NCBI GenBank assembly: GCA_000708835.1 | Contig: DF236977.1 | Coordinates: 284,623-348,622, forward strand | Source of the DNA: Klebsormidium nitens | Lineage: Eukaryota; Plantae; Klebsormidiophyceae | Reading direction: 5' to 3' | Length of the DNA stretch: 64,000 nucleotides | Shown: positions 48,734 to 59,297 of the stretch, in pieces | How the letters are laid out: the number at the start of each line of letters is the position of its first letter | Position numbering within the stretch: the stretch's first letter is position 1 | Notes under the pieces: model-generated | The model's database searches: none | The model's input: only the letters and a program-made list of their open reading frames with translations | Told to the model about the DNA's origin: nothing | Position numbers and translations under genes: made by a program

Positions 48734-51700
48734 TCAGACGCCTCCTGCCCTCCGTTGCATCTCCCGTTTAAACCACGAAAGCGGTTTCTCTTGTTGGCTG
48801 GGTGCAACGGGCTCCTGGAAGAGGCACACCGTAAAGGCGCAGATTGTCAACGTTTGAAGCACGGAGTGAGAAGCATTCATACGAGACAGCCAAATACCAA
48901 ACGGGGTGGTAATCTCAACACTGGCATCTAGACCTTCAAAAGATGGGCATTACTGATACCTTTGGCAAGCGCAGGAACCAAAGTGCAGAACTTCACCTGC
49001 ACTTGCGTGCCGGTTGACAGGAAGAAGGTTCACAGAAAATCACAAATCTTGACATGTACCTTGCAGGTAAATCGCAAGTGCCACACATGGCAATGACCAC
49101 AGACACATGAGGGGATGGAAAGGTCAGTCAAACCTACTTCGAAGGTTGCCAGCGACGTCACAGTCCCAGGCGGCTCCTGTTTCTCGACGATTCTGCCCAC
49201 AGGGGCCTGCAGATTACCAGGATATCGGTCAGTATCCAACAGCCAATTAGGGGCTTGTTGGCAAAACCTTGCGCTTAATGCTGCCTTGAGATAATTCGGC
49301 TGCGTCAACAGCTTTTTGAAGCACCCTTTGAATGCAAGCACATTCGTAAGGGAATTGAAGGCGACTTCGTCAGGGATCAAGCGAGAAACAGATTCTGGAA
49401 AAAACTCGTTGCTGAGCAAACTCTCGGAAGCAAACATCATATAAGCATCCTCGGCAATAGTAGACCAGTCACGCACAGTGTTCCTGTCCGGCCTCGCTTC
49501 CATCTTCCCCAACCCTCCCGGCGGTCCCGCGACCTCTGGAGCAAAGTCTTCAGACAGAAAGCGCTGAAAAGCCGCTTCCTTCTCGTGCAGAGAAGCGAAC
49601 TGGTGCTCGCTCTTGTGAGCAGGCCGTTGCGGGGTCTCGCGCACAGGCTCTGGCAGTCCTGCGCCTCGCCTGCGGTCGCCGTCAGTTGGACGTCCACCAC
49701 GGCCCGGCGGGGACTCCAGTCTCTGCAAACAAGTGCATCCTTAAATACCTAAGCAACTAGAGTATGCCGCTGCTCTGCCCAACCCTCCAGCATGGGACCT
49801 GCTCTGCGGGCTTGCGCAACTGGAACGTCCCGCCAGGCTCCCCGCCCGGCGATGCAAGCTCCACGTTTTACAAAGCCTGGTGCAGGTCACTCGAGGCCCC
49901 TTTCGAGGACTCGGGTCCGTTGAGAGGATAACAGCTTCCAGCAATGATATGCGTTGACAAACGCTGGCAGGCGTTCCGCGCCATCCTGTGCCACTGGTCT
50001 CTTGACCTTGAGCGGCAGCCCAAGCGAGCGCTCACCGTCCGCTCCTCGCTTCCCTCGTCGCCTCTCGTACTGCCGTCGTGTCCCAGCCCCTGGCCTTGCT
50101 GCCGGCGCACCTGCTCCGCTCTCTGCCTGAGCCGCGTCCGAGCATCTTCCAGCGCCATGTCGCGAGCATACGCCGACGTCAAGGCGCGGCCACCTTCCTG
50201 GGCAGGGCCCGCCGGTGCGCGGCGCGCCAGCCACTGCTGGATGTCAGCGGATACCTGCCAGAGTGCGGAGCAGCAAGGCGGGCAGAGCTTGTGGAGCACA
50301 GCATAGAGAAACTCTCGAGCGATCAGTAAGCTGGGGCGATGAGGCCAGGGCCGGGACATAATGATGATTTGTGAACGCTAAATTTTGCGTGACAAAGGTT
50401 GCAAACAACGTGGCCGCCAAGCATCTTCATCTACGAAGGGACAGATTGACTCCCTTACACCAACTGCGGTTCGGGTTCGTTATCGAACTACTTGTCTCGA
50501 GACGACACCAGCTTCAAATGGCAGGGAGGACCGGAGGACAACCGAAAACTCTCAGAATCTTATAAGGTAGCCAATACTGAAGGCATCTCCACGTGGTCAA
50601 CCAGCACACTTACAAGGCCAACACAAAGCGTCCATGGTGGTCCAACCTGTCAACCGTCAGCCGTGGCCTGTCCCCTCACCTGGCGCCCTGTTTCGAAGGA
50701 CGGGCCCCCCTCATTGTCGTCGTCGTCTCCCTCGTCCCCGCTTCTCCCCCCCTCCTCGTCCTCCGCCCACTCGTCCTCACTGCTGCCCCCCTCCTCCACC
50801 GCCGCCAGCTCCTCAAAAAAGCGCCGGTCCGCCTCCTGTTCGTCCTCCCCAATCCCTTCGCTTCCGCTGGATCCGTCCCCACTGTCATCACGACTTGCCG
50901 CCGCGCCGGGCCCCTCATTCGTCCTTTCTTGTGCATCGCTGTCTGTGTCATCCGCAGAGCCGACCTCAGCGCTCCTCCCTGGGCCGTCTTCCCCCACGGC
51001 TCCACTGGTCGCCCTCTCGACCACCTGCCCCAGTATCGGCCGCGCTCTCTCCGCCCCTTTCCCCAGTGCTGTGCCAGCGCCTGCTACCGAGGCATCTCGT
51101 CTCACAGCTGAAGGCCCTTCTGATGGTGGTCCTGTCTGTTTCACTCCCTGCTCCTCGTTGTCCTCTGCAAAGCGGACCCGCTTCTGCTTGCTCCCCACTC
51201 CAGGGGCCACCCTGCTTCCGGCGGCCACACTGCGCCCAGGCTCGGCCTTGCTCTCTGTCTCTCCGCCCCGTTTTACGATTGCGTCTCCGGTGTCCTCCTT
51301 GTCGTGCCCCATCTCCGTGTCATCTCCTGCTTCCGCGGCCCCCTGCGCCGCTCTTGCCTCCGCTGCCTCTAGCTCCTCCAGCCGCCCCATCAGCTCTTCA
51401 AATTCTGCGTCCCCGTCTGCGCTGCCCCTCCTCAGGTCTCCCGGCTCTCCGCTGGCTGCCAGCACGGTCCCTGCCTCGGCAGTGCCTGCCTGCTGCCGCC
51501 CAGGAGCCGCTTCGACGGCTGCGCCATCGTCCTTGTACTCCTCGCGGATCTCCAGGAAGTCCCCCTGCAGGCAAGCATGGCCAGGATGGTCACCACAGGG
51601 AGTGGCCAGCAGGCATCCTCGGAAAGACTCCATGCCTGCGTAGGGAGTCCGAACAGGCCCTGGCCAACGTGAGGACCAAAAAGCACAGGCCGTCATACGA

Positions 51701-52923
51701 CGCAGAAGTATTCGTGAAACCTGTTCGTACTACAGACCGTAGTGCTGCTGATGAAAGTCAAAGCATAGTTGTTTGCATGTCCGTCCTCTGTATCAAGGAA
51801 CAGCATCAGTAAAATAGAGGTGGCTTCCTGCCCAGGCAGCAGCTTCCCACCCTGTCCGCTTCTGCCAGGCGCTGTGCCACCTCCAGTCGTTCCTGGAGCC
51901 CCGCCACCCTCTCTCGAACTGCCTCGAGGCTGCTTTGTGTCACTGCACACGCACATACCACAGTTGCAGCAGGAGGTGCCTCAATGACCTGAGCGCAAAT
52001 TTAGGAGGCAGCTGAGATGATGCTCTAACCAACCCTTGCTCCACTGGTACCTTGGTTTGCTTTGTCCAATACAATAGATGGCATGAGATTGCAACGACGG
52101 GTGTGCCCTATTGCTTCGTCAGGTCCCCGCCCCCTCACCGCCAGTCCTCCTCTCCAGGATCTCCCCGGCCTGCCTTGCTGAGCGCTCCGCATACAGCTGA
52201 TCCCCCAGGTGCACCAGCAGCTCATTGCTATGCACCAGCTCGCCAGCAAAGAAGGCCAACCGCCCAAACGGCACCTGCAAAGCCGGCGCGTATCTTGGAA
52301 TTCTGTGCTTTCAGGCAGGGTGCGCTTATGGAGGTGGACGCAGCGGGCATCTGCGGTTGGCGCCATAGCCTCCTGGCATCATGGCCTTGCGCACCGGATG
52401 ATGTACTGATTCCACTTTTTCCAGCGTGCCACAGAGGGGGGTCACATGACTGCCCTAAACCACACCGCCACACCACCACCGCCACCTCCACCTTCATCGA
52501 CATCATCGCCCCCACAAAACCAATAAGCACCACCACCACCACCAATCGCCCCAACGCCAGAGAAAAGTGGAGCTGCACCCTTGATCTTACCATGATGGGG
52601 TGGCGGGTCTTGTGAGGCAGCCCTGCAGTGGTGCGCACCAGGGCGGCATTCTCCTTCAAATTGGCCGCCAGCCTCTTTTCCGCATCTTCCTCCACTGAGA
52701 GCGCCTGCTGTGCAATATTGAAATGCTGTGATGTTGCTTGTTCCCAACCAACCGTGCGAATGCAATGCAAATGTCCGGCTCATTTTGGGATGCTGTTTGC
52801 AATTGCAACATTGATACAAACAAGCGCATGAGGGTGGTCAGGAAGAAGAGCGCTCAGCGACTGCTGCATCAGGATCCTCACCTTCTGGAAGTGTGCCGCC
52901 ATGCGGGCCGAAGACAACTCCAT
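48734..52923 (-). CDS. URI1: URI1/Bud27 unconventional prefoldin RPB5 interactor, ~8 exons
   Basis: Exons 52923-52882, 52707-52591, 52274-52139, 51942-51851, 51564-50680, 50254-50111, 49722-49138, 48814-48734; in phase. Prefoldin-alpha motif LPHKTRHPIM|VPFGRLAFFAGELVHSNELLVHLGDQLYAERSARQAGEILERR, LEIREE, long acidic region, VGRIVEK and C-terminal KPLSWFKREMQRR. Confidence 0.88.
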
Positions 52924-53292
52924 GGCAGGTCACCAGCACGGGAATGTCCGACGGTTTTGTCAGGTAGGACGAGAGGTTGAGCTGTAGCCGAGCTGTGGCA
53001 GCGTGCAGGCGACCAAGGGACACTGCAGGTTACCTAAATGGCCATGGTCTACACGGGCAACAAGCCCTATCCTACAGTAGACGTTTTCCAAGTTAGCTGG
53101 GACATACCGGTAGAGGGCCCTGGCCACTGGCCTCCTTGGCCCCTGGTATACGTGGCCAGGTGGACCCTGGGCCTCTGCCAGCTGGCGGCCAATTTATGCA
53201 ATTATGCACCATGACGAAATCAGAGAGGATCACATTATCGATATGGTAGGTCTCAATTTTTATGTTGACTAAGGAAAAGACCCGGGGGACGG

Positions 53293-53301
53293 TTAGGGTT
53301 T
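53293..53301 (-). promoter_or_regulatory. Telo-box-like motif (AAACCCTAA) upstream of URI1
   Basis: ttagggttt on the + strand ~370 bp upstream of the URI1 ATG, with a second ttagggt nearby. Telo-boxes are known in plant promoters of translation-machinery genes; function here is unproven. Confidence 0.35.
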
Positions 53302-53772
53302 CCTTGGAGGTTAGGGTGTGGCACCGTGCACAGGTGCGGAGCGGGTGTCAACTATCGGTTTTGTTTATTGGTTTGTTCGTACCCCGAGCACTACATATCC
53401 TTTTAATAGTCAAGACTCAACAATGAACATGATCAATTTTGAGAATTGAAATCAATCATCATGAATCATGATGATCGTACAGGTAGACGAAGAGATCGGC
53501 CGGTGTTCGTTTCAATCCCATGCGCGTGTTGTGCGCACGCTGGACGTGGTCACCGACAGCTTTTGCTCTCTACCGTCTGCACCACAATCTCACCGGCTAA
53601 CCAGCCGGTTTAATCAGCCGGGCACCTACTTCACCTGGGCGCCCTGATAAATCCAAGCCGGTTTTCCAGCCGGTGCCAGTGTGGGCCGATGTCGGCACCC
53701 GGTGTATCTCTCAGGTTTGCCGAACACAAGCAAAGAGATGTGGCCATGCGTCCTATGGATGCTGGGGCTGCC

Positions 53773-54152
53773 CAATGTTCGTGGCGAAACTAATTAATTT
53801 CGCCAAGTTGATTTTCGCCAGCTTGTCGCCATTTAGTGTCTGGCAAGGGAATTTCGCCGGCCTGGCGAAAAAGCCTATGCTACCAGGCATTTTTTCCTGC
53901 TCGGGCGCCTTTACCAACTTTGACCGCTCTCAACCCTGATTGTAACCAGTCGAACCGCCTGCGTGTGTGCTTGGTCAGGTAAAACATCTGAAAAGTGGTT
54001 GGAATAAGGTCGAGACAAGAAACAAGGTACCCGGGACAGGCTCCCGGCCATAATAGCCGCTTGGAATTTCGCCATTAGTGTCATTTTCGCCAATTAGTGT
54101 CCGGGAGGTCCTATTTAGTGTATTTCAGGATTTATTTTCGCCACGATCACTG
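53773..54152. mobile_element. Non-autonomous hAT-type DNA transposon (MITE), 380 bp
   Basis: Imperfect TIRs caatgttcgtggcgaaactaa (left) and cagtgatcgtggcgaaaataa (reverse complement of the right end). An exact 8-bp TSD gggctgcc lies at 53765-53772 and 54153-54160. Subterminal TTTCGCC(A/G) motifs are repeated about 8 times. An 8-bp TSD with CA.TG ends is typical of hAT elements. Confidence 0.88.
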
Positions 54153-54374
54153 GGGCTGCCCTAGGTAGGTAGCTCGCGAGACGCCTTCTCTTATCTTTGA
54201 AACATCTGGTGAAGGCCGAAACTGGCACAATGGAAGGGGTGCAGGGACGCCACACTGACAACTCCAACGAGTCCAAGCAGGGGATGGGGATCCGCTTTGA
54301 CACCATGTTGAGGGGGTGTACCATCTCTCTTTCTAGGCGAAGTTCGTCATTGATTGCTCTGGCCACTGTCTCGC

Positions 54375-57300
54375 ATGGAGGGGGCCCATCCCCGCGCAGA
54401 AGGAAGTTCCATTCTGAGCGATGACCTGCTGGCGCTCGTCTTCACGCACCTTGGTGACTCCGAGGACCGCCACACTGCTGGCCTGACTTGCCGCGCATGG
54501 CTGCGCGTGGCCAGCACCCTGGTGGTGCGCAGCCTGCACGTGCTGCGCCCCGGCGTCCTGCCCGCCCTGCCGGCCCGCTTCCCCACCCTCACTGCCCTTG
54601 ACCTGTCTGCCGCGCGGGCAGTGCCGGAGGATGCCGTGAAGGCCATAGCTGCGGCGTACCAGGGCAGCCTGGTCAGTTTGAGTGTGGCCAACAATAAGGG
54701 GCTGGCTGTTTCTGCCCTGCGAGCTATCAGCAACTGCCGCAGCCTCACCTTGCTCGACCTCAGCAACTGCCACCACGACGCCCGCCCCATCACTGACGAG
54801 GCCATTGCGCCCCTGGCAGCATGCCGCATGCTGCAGACGCTGCGGCTGGCAGGCTGTCGCGCTGTGACTGACACAGGCCTGGGGGCGCTGGTGCCTGCAC
54901 TGGGGGCCCTGCGGGAGCTCTCGCTGCGCTGGTGCAGCGGCCTGACTGATGTGGCGCTGGGGGGGGTGGCACGCCACCTGGTCGGCCTGCAGCGCCTGGA
55001 CCTGGCGTACTGCGCGGTAGGGGATACGGGCCTGGCCGCTGTGGGGCGCCTGCCCGCGCTGGCGGAGCTGGTGCTCGCGTGCTGCTCCTGCATCTCGGAC
55101 GCGGGCCTGTGCCGCCTGGCGCAGGGCAGCCCCGCGCTGCACAAGCTGGACCTCTCGGGCTGCAAGGGGGTGAGGCCCCCCACCTCCCCCCCCCTTCCCT
55201 TCTGGCAGGTGGTAGGGCCGTATCAGAGCACAGCATGGCTGCTCATTGGGCCTGTGCCCTCACCTGTGCATTCTGGCCCCTGAGTTCTCCCTTGTGTGTG
55301 CAGATCAGCGAGCGGGGCGTGACATGCTTTGTGGGGCGATGCCTGGGGCTGCGTGAGCTGGTGGTGGCGCATGACGCGCAGCTGCTGCCCCGCGCGCTGC
55401 ACGCGTACCACCACCTGCAACACCTCCAGGTCAGCCCGCACGCATACCCACCCTCCAACAAGACAGGCATGCCCCCTATACTGCCTGTCCTGGGGGGCAG
55501 CTTGGAGAGGGATGGGGGCAAGAGGGGTATTGCTGTCTGAAATTGATTGCCTGCAGTTGGCCCAGGGTGAGGCCCTTCTGGCTGTTTGCGTCGAAGCTGG
55601 TATTGATGCTGTTGCTGACATGTTGGGGGAGGCTCAGCGACAGCCCGTACGTAAGCCCCGAGCAGTTTGTAGCAACATGGGCAGATAGCTCTGTGCCTTC
55701 AGACATATAATAGGAGGTTGGGGCTGTGTTCGCTCTGTGCACCTTGCAACTCCTTTACAGCGCCATTCGGACCCCGTTGTGAGCCCCCTGCCTGGCTTCT
55801 GCAGGTGCTGAACGTGTCGGCCTGCCCCGTCAGCGAGGAGGGCCTCCTCCTGCTAGGTAACCTACCTCCACCCTCAGCCAGCCGCCGTAGTCTGACCCCG
55901 CCTCAAAGGCACTCCTCGCTTGCCCTGCCTAGGCTGCAGCTGAGCCCCTCGTTGAGTCTTGTACTGCGTCTGGTGAGGGAGCATCTTGCAAGCTTGTTGG
56001 ATGAGCCGCATCCGCCTGTGGCCTGGGCCCCTTGAACCCCTGCCTGCTCAGACTGGCCTCTCACCGTTCCTCTGTTGTTGCCCCTTCCAGGTGCAGGGTG
56101 CAAGCACCTGACGGTAAGCTGGCCCACCTTCCTCGTGCCATCTGCAGTGTGTCTACCTGCCTGCCTCACTTGGGTGTCCCCTGCTCTTCAGCGGTAGATG
56201 CTAGTTCAGAAATTCAGCCAGTAAGCTGGCCAAGGTCATTTGAATGATGGCGCTCATATTAGGAATAGCTAGAGTTTAATAGCAACGTACATCCTGAGAG
56301 TTCAATCTAGGCTCTCTGTCTCTTTTAGAAACCTGATATACTGTGCGCATAGAGAGCAAGAACTTGAGATGGCAGACGATCTGATTACCAGGGAGAATGC
56401 GAATAAGATGAGATTCAGAGTTGGTCTCAAGAAAGATAGCATAGATAACATCAAGGGTGACAAGAGAGACTTGGACTTGTGTTCGGAGACTGTTGATATA
56501 CTCGAGGTGGTAGGTAAGGGCAAGACTCAGATCAACCTGCACTTCAAAGAGTGCCTGATGCTGTACAGGAGTAAGGATAGCGACAAGTATGGCAGGGAGT
56601 ATGTCATAGTGGGTATTCCATGGATATATATGATGCACTGGCCCAGTTAGCTCATGAATCAGGCTACAGAGTCAGCAAGTCGAACAGGGTGTCAAGTAAG
56701 AAGGCTGTTGCTTTCAGAACATGACAGTAAGGAACAAAGGCACTGAGGGTGGGGTTGTGACAACCTACAGCGACAAGGAGAAGGAGGAAGTACTTAGTCA
56801 GGATATGGACAGCCTGGAAGTAAAATTGAACAATTCAAGAAGTCAACACTTGCTTCCATAGGAGAAACCATTACAAACGCAACATATCCCATTCTCCAGC
56901 AGCCTAACCCCCCTGTCTCGCCCTCCTTCCTCAGACTGTTACGCTGTGGCGCTGCCCCGGCGTGACTGACCGGGGCGTGGCTGCGCTGGCCCTCGGCTGC
57001 CGCCTGCTCACGGCCCTCGACCTGACGTGCTGCCGCGACGTGTCGGGCGCCAGCTTGCTCGCGCTGGCCGACTTCTGCCCCCACCTCCAGGTGCTGCGCC
57101 TGGAGGGCTGCCCCGCCGTCACCCCGGCTGCGCTGCTGGCCCTCGCGCAGCGCTGCCCCGGCCTGCGCCACCTCGACCTCACTGACACCGCCCTTGACGA
57201 CACCGCCGCGCCCGCCCTCGCAGCGGCCGCCAACCTGCAGGTACGCCTGGCCCTGAGTCGCCCCGCTCCTCTTGCACACACTGGTTGACGTTCTTGAGTC

Positions 57301-59031
57301 CGGCCGTCGCTATTTAGCGCACATTTGGCGTGGTCCGCAGGTCTACATTGACGCCCGCAAGTTCGAGAGAGGTACTGGTTCCAGCAGTTGGTTGGACTAC
57401 GAAATCATTGTGCCGATATCATCAGACTCATGATACGTCATTGGCCGTGCGCGAAAAGGGTTCTTAACCGTAGGGGGGCCGGAGCTCAATCCGAGACCAC
57501 GTTTCCTTTCCGCGGGGTCTGCCTGTCCGCCTGCCCCCTGGCCCTGTTGGGCGGCAGCGCTGCTCGCTCTTATTTTCCATCCTTCTCTTCTCTTTCTTTC
57601 CCTGGTCTCTGTTTTCTCTCTTATCTTGCTGCACATCGTTTGCGATTTTTGCACCTTGTTTCGGTCAGCGGTTGCAGCAAGCCTTTTCTTTTTTGCTGAT
57701 GCTGGTTGGCTCTTTGCAAGGACGTGCACTGAAACTCTGCTCTCACTCTCTTGCCTTGGCGCAGGTGCTGCGGCTGGGGTTCAGCGCGCTGACGAATGCG
57801 GGCTTGCTCATCCTAGCGGCCGAGTATGCGCGGCGTGGCGGTTCTGTGCTGGAGGAACTGGACCTGTACAGGTACGGTGTGCCCCGCCCCTGCCTCTGCG
57901 CTGCACGCACTGCCTCACCTTCCCTGCTTGCTCTCCTGCACACTCGCATTCTTTCACGACGGCTGCCTCAGCTCTGCCCCGGCTGTGACCTCCGACCCCT
58001 TTCCGTCTCCGACCTTCCCTCCCCGCTTGCGCTGCAGGTGCTCTGCGCTGGAGGACGCTGCCCTGGCCGCCCTGCTGCCGCACTGCCCGCGCCTGCGCAA
58101 GGCCAACTTCTCCTACTGCCTCCGGCTCTCCGACGCCACGCTGGTGAGTGCATCATCGCACAGCCGGCCATTGTGTGGTCGTATGAGACCACTGCAGCTG
58201 TGCACTCGGGGCACACAGCGGCACCGCCTCTGCTGTGGAGCAGGAGCGTCCATGTGGCCTGTGCCTGCTGCCCGCCCCCTCGCTGACTCTGCAGCCCTCT
58301 TGCGGCGGCCTTCCGCTGTGGCTCGGCAGGTGACCCCCACCCCCGCGTGGCTCTGGCTGTGTGCAGGCTGCGCTGGCGGGGTGTCCGCTGCTGGACAACC
58401 TGGAGATGCGCGGCTGGGCCGGCGTCACGACCGCAGGCCTGGCCCAACTGGCGAGCGGCTGCCCGCGGCTGGCGGAGCTGGACTGCAAGCACGTGGCCCT
58501 ACAGCCAGACGCGCTGGCGGCCCTGGTGGCGCACTGCCCCACCCTGCGGCAGATACACATGAGCGGCTGTCCCGCCTCTGACGCCACGCTTGCGCCCCTC
58601 GCCCAGTGTCACACCTTGCAGGTGAGCCCGTGCCAGGAGCGCATGATCGGCGTAATGCTCGCTAGAGGGTCCGAAGTCATCCTTCTAGAACGACTTGCAC
58701 TTGTCTGTGTGAGTAGAAGGGGCGTGCATGGACGGTGAGAGGTGCATGGAGTGCATGCCCCCAAGCTAGCCAAAGCACTCTATTAAATCATTTCGTTCTC
58801 TTTTATCCATGTCGCTTCAATCTAGTGTCTTCCTTTCTGCAGACAATCAAGATGGTTCAATGCCGGTTTTTGACGAGTCAATGTCTCAAGCCCTTTTTGG
58901 CTGGATGTGAGAGCCTTCGCAAGATCAAGCTCGATGCTAGGCTCAGAGCGTGCGTTCCTCACCAAGATGTGGCAGCGCTAGAAGCGCGGCTCTGCTACAT
59001 CAAGTGGATGCAGAAAGGGGAGGACAAGTAG
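54375..59031 (+). CDS. F-box / cysteine-containing LRR protein (FBXL-like)
   Basis: F-box LSDDLLALVFTHL..AGLTCRAWLRV, followed by many LxxLxLxxCxxxTDxGL repeats (e.g. LQTLRLAGCRAVTDTGL, LRELSLRWCSGLTDVAL, LTALDLTCCRDVS) over ~10 GT-AG exons; stop after YIKWMQKGEDK. Confidence 0.92.
56369..56724 (+). pseudogene. Foreign-looking frameshifted ORF nested in an F-box intron (56114-56934); unidentified
   Basis: 93-aa ORF MADDLITRENANKMRFRVGLKK..DKYGREYVIVGIPW. Removing 2 nt from the ATATAT run at ~56624-56631 extends it as IYDALAQLAHESGYRVSKSNRVSSKKAVAFRT to a TGA at 56722-56724. All Arg codons are AGA/AGG, unlike the CGN-rich host exons. Confidence 0.5.
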
Positions 59032-59216
59032 CAATGCGTTGGGGTGCTTTTGCAATAGTTGTGCTGGGTATTGCTCGAAACAGAGAGCAAAATGCTAGGA
59101 TAGGTGGACGAGAAAGTTGTGACGTTTGGGTCCGTGAGCTTTCGGCCGGAAACCAGAGGAATTGATTGAAAGCTGAATTTTGTAGCATGTACTTTAAGAT
59201 GTTGATATAGCCACCG

Positions 59217-59297
59217 ACACATCATCGACATCAAGGGTAAACGTGAGTATCATTCACCACCAACACATCATCGACATCAAGGGTAAACATGAGTATC
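59217..59297. repeat. 35-bp near-perfect direct repeat with 46-bp period, downstream of the F-box stop
   Basis: acacatcatcgacatcaagggtaaac(g/a)tgagtatc at 59217-59251 and 59263-59297. Confidence 0.85.

Noticed and set aside
53040-53420. Possible Helitron (TC..TATTAAAAG-like 5' end on the minus strand)
   Set aside because: No A|TC insertion context and no convincing 3' hairpin plus CTRR end.
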